64,000 nucleotides of DNA from an uncultured Phycisphaerales bacterium (GTDB lineage: Bacteria > Planctomycetota > Phycisphaerae > Tepidisphaerales > Tepidisphaeraceae), in assembly GCA_963758525.1 (NCBI GenBank), contig CAVWVQ010000003.1:1248001-1312000 (forward strand), written 5' to 3'. The translations under genes and the position numbers were made by a program. Of the stretch, positions 52,613 to 62,756 are shown one piece after another (the stretch's first letter is position 1; each line of letters opens with the position of its first letter). The notes under the pieces were generated by a model. The model did not search any database and had not been told where the DNA came from. It worked only from the letters and a program-made list of their open reading frames with translations.

Positions 52613-53947
52613 TTAGTTTCGAGATTTCACGATCGCAACCAGCCCGTATTTTGGCCGGAGGGTGATCGTTGCCAGCAGCGTTGGCGGATCGGGGTCGGGG
52701 ATCTCGACGCGAAAACGCTGGGCAATCGTCGCCAGCGCCAGGATCGCCTCGGTCCACGCGAACGATTCGCCGATGCAGGCCCGCGCTCCCCCGCCAAAGG
52801 GAAAATAGGCCCAGCGCGGACGATTGGGATCGGGTGTCAGCCAACGCTCGGGCGTGAACGATTCTGGGTCGGGCCACCATCGCGGGTCGCGATGCGTCAC
52901 CCACTGACTGACCAGCAGAATCGCGTCAGCCGGCACGGTCTGCCCGGTAATCTGCACCTCACGCATGGCGGTTCGCGCCATTCCCCACGCAGGGGGATAG
53001 AGCCGCATCGCCTCGGCCATGACGGCACGCGTGTAGACCAGCGTTTCCACGTCCGCCGCCGTCGCGGCACGACCCTGCAGCGCCGCGTCAACCTCCGCAT
53101 GCAGCTTCGCCTCCACGCCTGGATTTCTTGCGAGCAGCAGAAATGCGAACGTCAGCGCATTGGCGGTGGTTTCGTGACCTGCCGCGAAGATGGTCAAGCA
53201 TTCATCGCGGAGCTGTGTGTCACTCATCATCCCCTGATCGCCTTCAGAATCGGTCGCCCCCAGGAGCAGTGTCAGCAAATCTTTCTGATCGCCTGTTCCG
53301 GCCGTCCGATCGGCGCGCCGCTCTTCGATGAATCGATCCAGCAGCCGGTTCAGCCGGCGGATCGAACGGCGCAGCAGCAGATTGCTCGGCAGCGGAAGCA
53401 GGTTCATCAACTGATGCAGCGGCGAGAACAGCCGGGTGAACCTCCGCACGATGATGTCCATGTCATGGCCGATTTGCTCGACCTCGTTCTCCACTTCTGC
53501 GCCAAAAAGCGTCTTGCTGACAATTTCCAGCGCAAGCCGGCTCATCTCCGCGTGAATGTCGAGTTTCTGTCCATCGCGCCATCGTTCCAAGGTGCGTTGC
53601 GAGTACTCGACGATAATCGGCGAGTAAGCCTCCATTCGCTGCGGATGAAACACCGGCTGCGCGATTCGCCGCTGTCGGCGATGGAAGTCCCCCTCGCTGG
53701 TCAGCAGCCCCTTGCCGAGCACCGCTTGCGAGCGGCGCATCATCAGGCCTTTGTTGAAAGCGTCATTCTGCGTGACGAGGATTTCACGAACCGCATCCGG
53801 ATGGGAGAACAGAAAAAAGTTCCTCCCGGCCATCACATACGCCACAACGTCCCCATACTGGCGGGCGTTGTCCAGCAAAAAACCGAGCCGGTTGCGCGTA
53901 ATCTGCCAGGCGAGATCGCCGAAAAATCGATTAACGGGGCCGGGCAT
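52613..53947 (-). CDS. Cytochrome P450
   Basis: AGHETT, EAMRLYPP, PERW, FGGGARACIG. Confidence 0.95.
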   Translation of the reverse strand: MPGPVNRFFGDLAWQITRNRLGFLLDNARQYGDVVAYVMAGRNFFLFSHPDAVREILVTQNDAFNKGLMMRRSQAVLGKGLLTSEGDFHRRQRRIAQPVFHPQRMEAYSPIIVEYSQRTLERWRDGQKLDIHAEMSRLALEIVSKTLFGAEVENEVEQIGHDMDIIVRRFTRLFSPLHQLMNLLPLPSNLLLRRSIRRLNRLLDRFIEERRADRTAGTGDQKDLLTLLLGATDSEGDQGMMSDTQLRDECLTIFAAGHETTANALTFAFLLLARNPGVEAKLHAEVDAALQGRAATAADVETLVYTRAVMAEAMRLYPPAWGMARTAMREVQITGQTVPADAILLVSQWVTHRDPRWWPDPESFTPERWLTPDPNRPRWAYFPFGGGARACIGESFAWTEAILALATIAQRFRVEIPDPDPPTLLATITLRPKYGLVAIVKSRN

Positions 53948-54098
53948 GAAATCTTTCTCCGAACAACTGGGCCTGTTCCCGTACGTAGAGCAGTTTTCAG
54001 TTTGGATTGGCGGCCATTGTGGTGCGGGCTTCCAGCCTGCTCCCCAGAGGCAGTCCGGAAGCCTGCATCACAACGCCACACCAACCCGAAAACTGCAC

Positions 54099-54562
54099 TT
54101 AACTCCGCAGCCGCGTCTGCAGGGCGATCATCTCCGCCGCCGCGTCAGCACTCCGCTCACCGGCGTCGAAACGATCGCGTGCCTGCTGCTCGGTTTCGGT
54201 CGTGAGGACACCAAAGATAATCGGCAGCGACTCGCTCAGCGCCACATCCTGAATTCCCCGGCGCATTCTCCCGCGACAAAATCAAAATGAGGGGTATCTC
54301 CGCGAATGACGCAGCCCAGGCAGATCACCGCGGAAAATTCCCGCGACGCTGCCAGCAGTTTTGCCGCCAACGGCAACTCGAACGCTCCAGGGACGTGATG
54401 CACTTCAATCCGGTCTTCCTCAACACCCAGCGCCCGGAGCTGCTTGATGCAGCGACTCAACAGTTCCCCGACGATCGCCCCGTTAAAACGCGCCGCCACG
54501 ATCGCAACACGCGCATTGCCGGGGATCCGAATCGCCGCAGGCGCGGGAACATTCGAGCTCAT
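54099..54562 (-). CDS. ribH: Lumazine synthase (frame break near 54258)
   Basis: ARFN, VPGAFELP, GCVIRGDTPHFD; PIIFGVLT in the next frame. Confidence 0.92.
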
Positions 54563-54685
54563 AGACGCGACACGTTACGAACCTTCGCATCAAATGCAAA
54601 ATCGACAGGCAAGTGCCTCGGAGGTGCGCACGGCAGTGTGCGATGACTGCTGCGATGACAAATCGTTCCTGACGGTCGCGATATC

Positions 54686-54726
54686 TTATAACCCCATCTC
54701 CGGTACTCCGGGAGATGGGGTTATAA
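54686..54726. repeat. Palindrome with 16-bp perfect arms in the ribH/ubiA divergent region
   Basis: TTATAACCCCATCTCC ... GGAGATGGGGTTATAA; right end forms TATAAT. Confidence 0.85.
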
Positions 54727-54737
54727 TGAGGTAACCA

Positions 54738-55715
54738 ATGCTCTCCGCTCTCTCTCAGCGCCTCCTCCCCGTCCTGCAGCTCACTCGGATGGCACTGGTC
54801 TTCACCGCCATCTCCAATGCCTACTGCACCGCCCTGCTCCTCTGGATGGTCATCCCCGTCGAATCCGCTCTCGACCCGGCCCGAATGCTTTCGATCACGG
54901 GCATCTCCGTCGGCCTGTACGGCTTTGGCATGAGCCTCAACGACATCATCGACCGCCGGCGCGATCGGCAAATCGCATCCCATCGCCCGCTTCCCAGCGG
55001 GCGTGTTGGCGTCCTGACGGCTCATACCATCTGTGCCGTGCTCGGGCTGGGAGCCGTCGCCTGCAGCGTCATCTACGCCCAACTTTCCAACAATTGGATG
55101 AGCGTGGTGCTCGTCGTGTCGGCAGGATTGCTCATCACGTTTTACGACATGGCCGGCAAGTACCTCGTTGCTCCCGGCCTCATCGCCCTGGGACTCATAC
55201 GCTTTCTCCACGCCCTGGCCCCCGCCCCCGGCATTCCCGTGCTCTGGCACCCGCTCCTGCTGCTGACGCATGTCACCGTCCTCTCCACCGTCGCATATGT
55301 GTGGGAGCAAAAGCGCCCTCCGCTGACCAAGATTCACTGGTGGTCCGTGCTGGGCGGGCTGACCGTGATTGATGCCATGGTCATCGCGCTGGTGCTCGAG
55401 CGCAGAGGGCTCGCCGGCCTGCATCTCACGCGCTGGCTGGCGCTCCCGGGCGCCGCCGTCGCCGGATTCGCTGCATTGGCCTGGTGGACCTGGAGCCACA
55501 GCGCCACTCGCCGCGAGGCAGGACAGCGGCTCATGCTCTACGGCCTGCTCTGGCTGATCGTCTACGACGTCAGCTTCGTGCTCGCCTACGTTGGTTGGTT
55601 TCCCGCGATCCTGATGCTGCTGTTCCTGCCGGTGGCATACTTCTCAGTGCAGTTAATGCGCTGGTGGTCCACCGTTCTGGCGATCTCGCAGACGCCGGAA
55701 TTTAAAAGAGCGTAG
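54738..55715 (+). CDS. UbiA-family prenyltransferase (EboC-like)
   Basis: LNDIIDRRRD...RPLPSGRV; FYD..GK; multi-TM. Confidence 0.8.
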   Translation: MLSALSQRLLPVLQLTRMALVFTAISNAYCTALLLWMVIPVESALDPARMLSITGISVGLYGFGMSLNDIIDRRRDRQIASHRPLPSGRVGVLTAHTICAVLGLGAVACSVIYAQLSNNWMSVVLVVSAGLLITFYDMAGKYLVAPGLIALGLIRFLHALAPAPGIPVLWHPLLLLTHVTVLSTVAYVWEQKRPPLTKIHWWSVLGGLTVIDAMVIALVLERRGLAGLHLTRWLALPGAAVAGFAALAWWTWSHSATRREAGQRLMLYGLLWLIVYDVSFVLAYVGWFPAILMLLFLPVAYFSVQLMRWWSTVLAISQTPEFKRA

Positions 55716-55719
55716 TAGG

Positions 55720-55800
55720 AGGGTTCAGGGTGTCAGGGTTCAGGGTTCAGGAAAGGCAAACTCTGCTACTCCTGACCCCTGAACCCTGAACCCTGAACCC
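55720..55800. repeat. Second inverted GGGTTCA / TGAACCC array
   Basis: Between convergent genes; right arm encodes the GT2 C-terminus. Confidence 0.88.
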
Positions 55801-56697
55801 TACATGCCCGCCTGCGCAACACCTGTCCCGTGTAAATGATCCGCCAGGTATGTCGCGAGAAAAGACTCGCAATTGCACGCGGCGAGGCGAGCAGCGTTCC
55901 CGCGGCACGCGCGGATCGCGCAAGCGCGCTCAACGCCCTCCCGCGCCTGAGGGATTCAACCGCTTCCTGCATGTATGCATTGACGCACTCGAGGCGGACG
56001 TAAGCGGGCGTGCCGGCGCCGTGGCGGCTCAGCACGGCGCGGATTTCATCGAGCCGTTTCCAGCCGCCGCTGGCGGTCTTGCTGTCGCCGAGCCAGCGGT
56101 AATGGGCGAGCACCTGGGGCAAATATTCGATCGTGTGCCGCTCGGCGAGCTTGAGCCACAGATCGTAGTCCATCGTCCAATGCAGCGTCGCATCCAGCCC
56201 CCCCACCGCTTCGAACGCGACGCGCCGGAAGAACGCCGCGGGCTGCACGATAAAATCCGAATAATGAATCAGTCGATGCCGGCTGAACGGCTCGATATGC
56301 GCCAGGGTCCGATGAGGTTTCCATCCGCGTCAATGAAATCAGCGTTCCCATACACCATCGCCACGCCCGGCTGTTCGGAAAGGAATTTCGCCGCGGCCCC
56401 AATCGCTCCTGGCGCGTAGGTGTCATCCGCGTTGAGCCATGCCAGAATCTGGCCGGTCGCGCGGGAAAAGCCCCTATTAATTGCATCCGCCTGACCATGG
56501 TCCGGCTCCGAAATCCAGCGGACACGATCCCCGAACGAACGGAGCAGATCGAGCGTTCCATCGGTCGAGCCGGCGTCCATCACCAGATATTCAACGTGAG
56601 GATAGTCCTGGGAGAGAACGCTCTGGATCGTCGCGGCCAGGTGCTTGCCGGGATTGAAACAGGGTGTCACCACTGAAACCGTAAGCGGATCCGCCAT
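55766..56697 (-). CDS. GT2 glycosyltransferase (frame break near 56303)
   Basis: SVVTPCFN, DAGSTDGT, WLNADD; QPAAFFRR, MDYDLW. Confidence 0.88.
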
Positions 56698-57107
56698 TCT
56701 TTGTTGAGTCTACTCGCCAGGAGAAGAGCCGCGAAGGGTGTCGCGCGACCGTCATGCCCAAACAGGGAAAGGGGGAACGAAGAGTGAACAATTTCAATTG
56801 AGCTCGCAATTTCAAATCTCAAATTTCGGAGCGGCGCCCGAACGCGGCGATGTTTCGAACTCGCCAGCCACACCGCCGTAGCTTGCCCTTCGCGGCGCTC
56901 CAGCGCATCTCCACACCCTTCCCCCATCGACCCCCACCCTAACCCTCCCCCGGCGTACCAGGGGAGGGCAAAAGAGAGCTCACTCGAAAGTGTCAGGCAC
57001 GCCGGAACCAGAACAGAATCTGATGTCGAGGAGTGTCTTTTGATCCAAGTCCCCAACACGGCTGGGACGCCGACGGAACTCCCATGCCACAGGAAATCAT
57101 GTCACTT

Positions 57108-57845
57108 CTATGCGGCCAGCACCCGGGCGGTGCGCGGCAGAGTGAAGCCGGCGGCTTGGGCGTCGTTGTGGAACATCTGCACGGTTTCAAGTGAATATTG
57201 CGAGAGATCCTTCCCGAGCCCCCCGAGTTTTTTCAGCAGGTCGTGGGTAACGGTGATGACGTGACAGCCAATTTGATCGGCCTGGAGAATATTGAGCACC
57301 TCGCGGGGGCTCGCCCAGATGAGTTGCTGATTGTGAAACGGGCGGAGCATTTCGACGGCGGCCGCCATCATCGGAATCGGATCCCGGCCGGTGTCGGCGA
57401 TGCGTCCCGCGAAGACGGAGACAAACGCGGGCGCTTCGCCGCCGAGCGCTGCGGATACCTCCGCGACCTGTCCCAACGTCATCAGCGCCGTCACGTTTTG
57501 CTTCACGCCCGCCCGAGCCAGCCGGCGGATGAGCTTTGCCGACGACTCGGCCTTGGTGTTGGTCACGGGAATCTTCACGAACACGTTCTCGCCCCACGAC
57601 GCGATCTCGTGCGCCTGCCGTTCCATCTCGCGAAAGTCATCGGAAAAAACTTCAAAGCTGATCGGCTTTTCTTTGATTTCGCTCAAGACCGACAGCGCAA
57701 ACGCGCGGTAATCCGTGATCCCCGCCTTGCGCATGAGAGTCGGATTGGTCGTCAGCCCCGCGATGTGCGGCTGAGCAGCAAGCTCCAGCATCGCGTCGCG
57801 ATCGGCCCCGTCGGCGAACACCTGAATGTGAAGTTCGTTGAGCAT
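57108..57845 (-). CDS. tal: Transaldolase (FSA/TalC type)
   Basis: GLTTNPTL, VKIP, NVTA, SVFAGRIAD. Confidence 0.88.
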   Translation of the reverse strand: MLNELHIQVFADGADRDAMLELAAQPHIAGLTTNPTLMRKAGITDYRAFALSVLSEIKEKPISFEVFSDDFREMERQAHEIASWGENVFVKIPVTNTKAESSAKLIRRLARAGVKQNVTALMTLGQVAEVSAALGGEAPAFVSVFAGRIADTGRDPIPMMAAAVEMLRPFHNQQLIWASPREVLNILQADQIGCHVITVTHDLLKKLGGLGKDLSQYSLETVQMFHNDAQAAGFTLPRTARVLAA

Positions 57846-57960
57846 AATGAGCGGACGCGAACGTCAGAAGACTAAATGAGCCGCGCGACTTCCAACACGT
57901 TTAGCGGCCGCCCGAAGGGCCGCGTTCATTCAAACGAGCACGGACGAGCGCCCGTTCCCT

Positions 57961-58524
57961 CTATCCCGCGCACCGCGCTGCAAATTTCCCGCTCCACTCG
58001 CCACGCAGAATCCGTTCGCTTCCATCCAATAGATCGGCCACAAACGCCCCCGGCATGCATCGCTCCGCCTGGCTGTACGGACGGTTGATCAACAACGTCC
58101 TGCAACCGGCCCTTTCCCCGGCAACCACATCGCTCCAGCGATCCCCAATCATGAAGCTCGACGGCAAATCGATCTGATGCTCCTCGGCCGCCCAAAGCAA
58201 CAGTCCCGGCGCGGGCTTTCGGCAGGCGCATCGATCGGCGGTGTCGTGATAACAAACGTAGATCGCTTCAATCGGCAAAGCGCTCTGCAATGCCGCGTTG
58301 ATCCGCTCAACCTCGGCCCGCTGCTGCGTGCCCCGCGCCACGTCAGGCTGATTGGTAACCACGATCAGGCGAAATTTCGCCGCCGCGAGCTGCGCGAGCG
58401 CTTCAGGCACGCCTGCGAGTATTTCCATCTCCTCGGCACCGGCCGGCGGATGCGGAACGGCGTCGCGCACGTTGGCACGAATCAGCACTCCATCCCGATC
58501 GAGAAAAATCGCCGATGCACGCAT
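57961..58524 (-). CDS. gmhB: D-glycero-D-manno-heptose 1,7-bisphosphate phosphatase (HAD IIIA)
   Basis: FLDRDGVL, VTNQ, C.H..C.CRKP.PG, MIGDRWSD. Confidence 0.88.
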   Translation of the reverse strand: MRASAIFLDRDGVLIRANVRDAVPHPPAGAEEMEILAGVPEALAQLAAAKFRLIVVTNQPDVARGTQQRAEVERINAALQSALPIEAIYVCYHDTADRCACRKPAPGLLLWAAEEHQIDLPSSFMIGDRWSDVVAGERAGCRTLLINRPYSQAERCMPGAFVADLLDGSERILRGEWSGKFAARCAG

Positions 58525-58533
58525 ACGAAACCC

Positions 58534-59136
58534 CTACGCCGCGACGGCGCCTTCCCACTTGGTGGCAGCGGCCTTGAGCGACGGATGCGACACCAGAAGG
58601 TGCCACAGCAGCGATTGAAAAGTCTCCGAATGCGGCGTGATTGTTTGCGAGTCGACCGTCGGAACGATGACGCATGCGTCCGCCATCGAGGCGGTGAATC
58701 CCCCGTCGCGCCCGACAATTCCGACGATGGATGCCTTCATCTCCCGCGCGTACTGGACGGCGCGGACAAGATTCGGGCTGATATTCCGAACGAGGTCACC
58801 GCCTCCGACCGAGAGTACGAAGATCGCGTCGCGGCTGTTCAGCCGGCTGGTTCGCAGCCAGCTCGCGAAGACCGTGTCCCATCCTTCGTCATTGGTGCGA
58901 GCGGTGAGTTCCGCGACATTGTCCGTGGGTGCGTAAGCCTCGAAATTGCAGAGCTTGCGGAAATCGTTCACCGCATGCGCCGCGTTTGCCGCGCTTCCCC
59001 CGACACCGAGGAAAAAGATCCGCCCGCCCGCGCGGCGCGTCATGACCAGACGATCCACCAGCCGATCGACCGCGCCCACGTCGAGCCGATCCAAGATCAT
59101 TCGGGTCTGCGCCAGATAGTCGGTGGTGAATGACAT
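58534..59136 (-). CDS. gmhA: Sedoheptulose-7-phosphate isomerase (SIS)
   Basis: GVGGSAANAAH, TARTND, GRDGG. Confidence 0.82.
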   Translation of the reverse strand: MSFTTDYLAQTRMILDRLDVGAVDRLVDRLVMTRRAGGRIFFLGVGGSAANAAHAVNDFRKLCNFEAYAPTDNVAELTARTNDEGWDTVFASWLRTSRLNSRDAIFVLSVGGGDLVRNISPNLVRAVQYAREMKASIVGIVGRDGGFTASMADACVIVPTVDSQTITPHSETFQSLLWHLLVSHPSLKAAATKWEGAVAA

Positions 59137-59143
59137 GGTTCCT

Positions 59144-59891
59144 TCAGCCTGGCGAGGGATGACTTGTGTGCGCTTCGAGAAACTGCCGGGTTTCCTCAAG
59201 GGCGGCCGGAGTTCCAATTTCGTAGAACCGATTGGCGACTTCGTATCCCATCATCGCCCGTTCGGCGACGAGTCCTGAATAAAGATCGGCCAGGTCGTAT
59301 TGCCGCGCCGGAGGAATCCGCTCCAGCGCCGCCCGCCGGAACAGCGCGACGCCGTAGTCCACATGATGCATTGCGGGTGTGCGGTTGCGCTTGTCGTAGC
59401 GCACGAGCCGACCCCTGCGAAATTCGACGTTGCTGCGATCCCACCGATCGTCATTCTTCAGAACCGTCATCAGCGCCAGCTTGTCGCTGGCAAGAAACGC
59501 GTCGAGCACCGCCGCGAAATCCACGTCGACGTACGAGTCCCCATAAACGACCCAGAACAGATCGCCGAGCATCGGAAGCGCTCGTCGCATCGCCCCGCCG
59601 GTGCCGAGCAAGCCCGGCGTGTCATGCGAATAACTGACGTTCAGGCCGAATGCACGACCATCGCCGACGTGCGCTTCGATCTGATGGCCCAGATGTCCCA
59701 GACAAAGCACGACGCGCCGGATGCCGTGCCGGTAAAACAGCTCGAGCTGGTGATCGATGAAGGGCCGTCCCGCCACTTCCACCAACGACTTGGGAAGCGC
59801 GTCCTCCGTCACCGCGCAAGCGCGTGGCCAACCCCCCCGCCAGCAGCGTGAGCGTTGTGGAAGCGATGGTATTTGCAGTCTTTCGCTTCAC
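59144..59891 (-). CDS. hddC: Heptose-1-phosphate guanylyltransferase-like nucleotidyltransferase (frame break near 59813)
   Basis: LAGGLATRL, PKSLVEVAGRPF, LGTGGA, YGDSY, FYEIGT. Confidence 0.78.
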
Positions 59892-59943
59892 GTTTCCCCG
59901 TGCACGGGCGTCTCGCCCGTGCTGATTGCGTGGAAGTAAAGGG

Positions 59944-60924
59944 CTACTGGACGATGACCTTCGTTCCCTCAAAATCAAATCGAAACCGCACCTCGCGCAA
60001 TCCCTCGCGCGTCAGCACGCGGCGCAACCGCGTCTTATCCGCCGCATAAAACATCAAAAAGCCACCGCCGCCGGCGCCGATCAGTTTCCCGCCCAGCGCA
60101 CCGTTCTCCACCGCCAGCCGATACCATCGGTCGATGTCCGGGTTTGTCATCTGTCCGCTGCGCTGCTTTTTTCGCTCCCAGTGCGTGTTCATAATCTGCC
60201 CGAACCGCGGCAGATCACCGGCTTCCAACGCATCTTTGGTCTGATAGCCAAGCTCTTTGACGAAGTGGAGATTGTCGGTCATCTCCTGATCGCTCTGGCG
60301 GCTGCGATCATCCTGCTCCTTGAGAATTTTCGACGCCGACCGGCTGTAACCGGTAAAGAATAAGAGGAGATTATCTTCCAGGTTATATTGCGTTTCCGGA
60401 TCGATCTTGAGCGGGCTCGCTTCAACCGTTCCGTTTTGCAGAAACTGGAAGCAGGTCAATCCGCCGTACGCCGCAATATATTGATCCTGCTTGCCGATCG
60501 GCTCCCCAAGCCGGTCGATCTCAATGGTGCAGGCCTGCTCCGCAAGCTGCTGCGGGCTGACGAGATTTCGCTTCAGCGCGTGGAGGGCTTTGAGCAATGC
60601 CGTGGTAAACGACCCCGATGATCCCAGCCCGGTGCCCGCCGGAATATCCGCCATGCTGGTGATTTCCAGATGCGGGTCGCAGATGCCAGCCAATCGCAGC
60701 GCCTCCCGAGCGATCGGATGCTGCACTTCGTCCACCGACGCCACGTGCTCCATCTTCGAATACTTGAGAATCAGCCCGCTTTGAAACGTCTGGTGAAGCG
60801 TAATGTAGACATAACGATCGATCGCACCTGCCACGAGAAACCCGCCGTGTTTTTTAAAATACGACGGAAGATCGGTCCCCCCGCCGCCAAGGCTGATGCG
60901 CAGGGGACTGCGTGTGATGATCAT
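59944..60924 (-). CDS. hddA: D-glycero-alpha-D-manno-heptose-7-phosphate kinase (GHMP)
   Basis: PLRISLGGGGTD, PAGTGLGSSG, GKQDQY, GAGGGGF. Confidence 0.88.
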   Translation of the reverse strand: MIITRSPLRISLGGGGTDLPSYFKKHGGFLVAGAIDRYVYITLHQTFQSGLILKYSKMEHVASVDEVQHPIAREALRLAGICDPHLEITSMADIPAGTGLGSSGSFTTALLKALHALKRNLVSPQQLAEQACTIEIDRLGEPIGKQDQYIAAYGGLTCFQFLQNGTVEASPLKIDPETQYNLEDNLLLFFTGYSRSASKILKEQDDRSRQSDQEMTDNLHFVKELGYQTKDALEAGDLPRFGQIMNTHWERKKQRSGQMTNPDIDRWYRLAVENGALGGKLIGAGGGGFLMFYAADKTRLRRVLTREGLREVRFRFDFEGTKVIVQ

Positions 60925-61142
60925 GGCGCGGTCATCCGGGCGTGAGACACATCGAGACTATCGGGAAATTGCCGGGGTGAAGTTGAACTACCTAATTGGC
61001 CACCATTAATTATGTTTTCGCGCGGCAATACCCGGGCCTGTTTCTGGTCCCTTCTCCCGGTACTCCGGGAGAAGGTTGGAATCGGTGCTAAACACGTGAC
61101 GGCGCGATCGCAAGTTCTGGAAAGGGCTCAAATGGCGAACCG

Positions 61143-61640
61143 TCACTCCCCTCGCTGCATCGCCTTGCGATATGCGGACTTGGTCATCTGGCCGGTCAGG
61201 AACTTGTACGAAGCGGCGTAGCGGATGACGCGATGCGAATCCTTTCGGGATTTCGAACCGCGAAAGGTCACACGCCGCAGGTCGGCGTTGTCCATCAGGT
61301 CGGCGATCTTGACCGCGCGGGCCAGCGGGTCGGGCTTGAGCCGGATCACATAGTCCGCGTAAGTCGTTCCGTCTCGATGAGTTAACAGTCGCACGGCCCG
61401 CACGATGCGGGCCGGGATGCCGGCGGAGCGCAGGTCTTTCTCGGTCAACGTCCCGCGCTCCAGCACGTCGTGGAGAATGGCGGTGACGCGGAGATCAGGC
61501 TCCTGATCCGCGTCGTCGGCCTGCGAGACCCGCAACAGCACGCGCATGGGATGAACGATGTAGGGCTCTCCCGGCGGATCTTCTGAATCGCGATGGGCTT
61601 TCACCGCCAGTTCGATCGCCTTCTGCAGCAACGATGCCAT
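61143..61640 (-). CDS. HD-domain hydrolase (Mesh1/small alarmone hydrolase-like)
   Basis: AH...GEPYIVHP.RV, ILHDVLE, LTH, VKIADLMDN. Confidence 0.82.
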   Translation of the reverse strand: MASLLQKAIELAVKAHRDSEDPPGEPYIVHPMRVLLRVSQADDADQEPDLRVTAILHDVLERGTLTEKDLRSAGIPARIVRAVRLLTHRDGTTYADYVIRLKPDPLARAVKIADLMDNADLRRVTFRGSKSRKDSHRVIRYAASYKFLTGQMTKSAYRKAMQRGE

Positions 61641-61641
61641 C

Positions 61642-62637
61642 TCAACTCCTGGATTCCGGTTGGCCGGCCGATATTTTGTAAAGCATGCCAGTCACTTCCA
61701 GTGCCGCCTTGGCATCGGCCAAGCCGCTGAGCGGCTCGATCCCCTGATCGATGCACTGGCGGAAATGCTCGAACTCGCGGCTCCACGAAACGTCCTCGGC
61801 GGGAAAACTGAACTCCGTCACCTCCGGCGGGCCCATCTGCGGCAGCATTCGGTAGTACGTGAGACGCTCGGGGCCATAGGAGCCGCCGAGGCCGTCGATC
61901 TGGAGCTTTCCGGTTTTTCCGTAGATTTCGAGGCTGAACAGGTTCTTCCATTCGGTGCAGCTTGCGTGGAGCCACGCGACCTGGCCCGCGGCGGTTTTGA
62001 GCAGGGCGAAGCCGTTGTCTTCCACGCTCCAATTCCAGAAGTAATTGGCAACCTCACCGGTGACGGAAACGAACTCGCCGAGAAACCACCGGGCGAGGTC
62101 GATCAGATGAACGCCCTGATCCAGCATTTCTCCCCCGCCGGAGAGGGCGGGATTGCCGCGCCATTCTGTTTCCATTCCGAGACGGCCGCCATGGCCGTAT
62201 CGGGCGCGGAGGAACATGAGGGGACCGACGGCGCCGTCGTCGACCAGCATTCTTGCGCGCTCGATCGCGGGATGGAATCGGAGGTTGAATCCCACCTTCA
62301 CGATCCGGCCGGTCTTCTGTTGCGCCGCGATCACCGGCGTCAGTTCGTCCGCGCTCTGCGCGGCGGGCTTCTCGACGAGCACATGCTTGCCCGCCTCCAG
62401 CGCCGCGAGCGTGATCGGAGCGAGCATGTCATTGGTCGTGGAAACGATGACGGCATCGACATCATCGCGCAGCGCCTGCCGCCAGTCGCCGGTCGCGGCG
62501 CAACCCGAATAGCTGCCCGCGAGCTTTTGTGCGCGCTCGTGCAGCACGTCCGCAACAACGATCAACTGATCGTCCGCCGAGAGCGATTTGGCTCGCCTGG
62601 CTCCGATCACTCCGCAACCAATGATGGCTATTCGCAT
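61642..62637 (-). CDS. Gfo/Idh/MocA oxidoreductase
   Basis: IIGCGVIG, HVLVEKP, SGGGEMLDQGVHLID. Confidence 0.9.
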   Translation of the reverse strand: MRIAIIGCGVIGARRAKSLSADDQLIVVADVLHERAQKLAGSYSGCAATGDWRQALRDDVDAVIVSTTNDMLAPITLAALEAGKHVLVEKPAAQSADELTPVIAAQQKTGRIVKVGFNLRFHPAIERARMLVDDGAVGPLMFLRARYGHGGRLGMETEWRGNPALSGGGEMLDQGVHLIDLARWFLGEFVSVTGEVANYFWNWSVEDNGFALLKTAAGQVAWLHASCTEWKNLFSLEIYGKTGKLQIDGLGGSYGPERLTYYRMLPQMGPPEVTEFSFPAEDVSWSREFEHFRQCIDQGIEPLSGLADAKAALEVTGMLYKISAGQPESRS

Positions 62638-62756
62638 GAGAAGATTTAAATGAGAAGGGCGCGGGTGGTGGGGTGCGCCACCAAATGCGCCGGCAGTCTG
62701 AGGATTCGCCGCCAGATCACGCCCGGTAGGAAATACGGCCGAGGGATAAGAGAATG

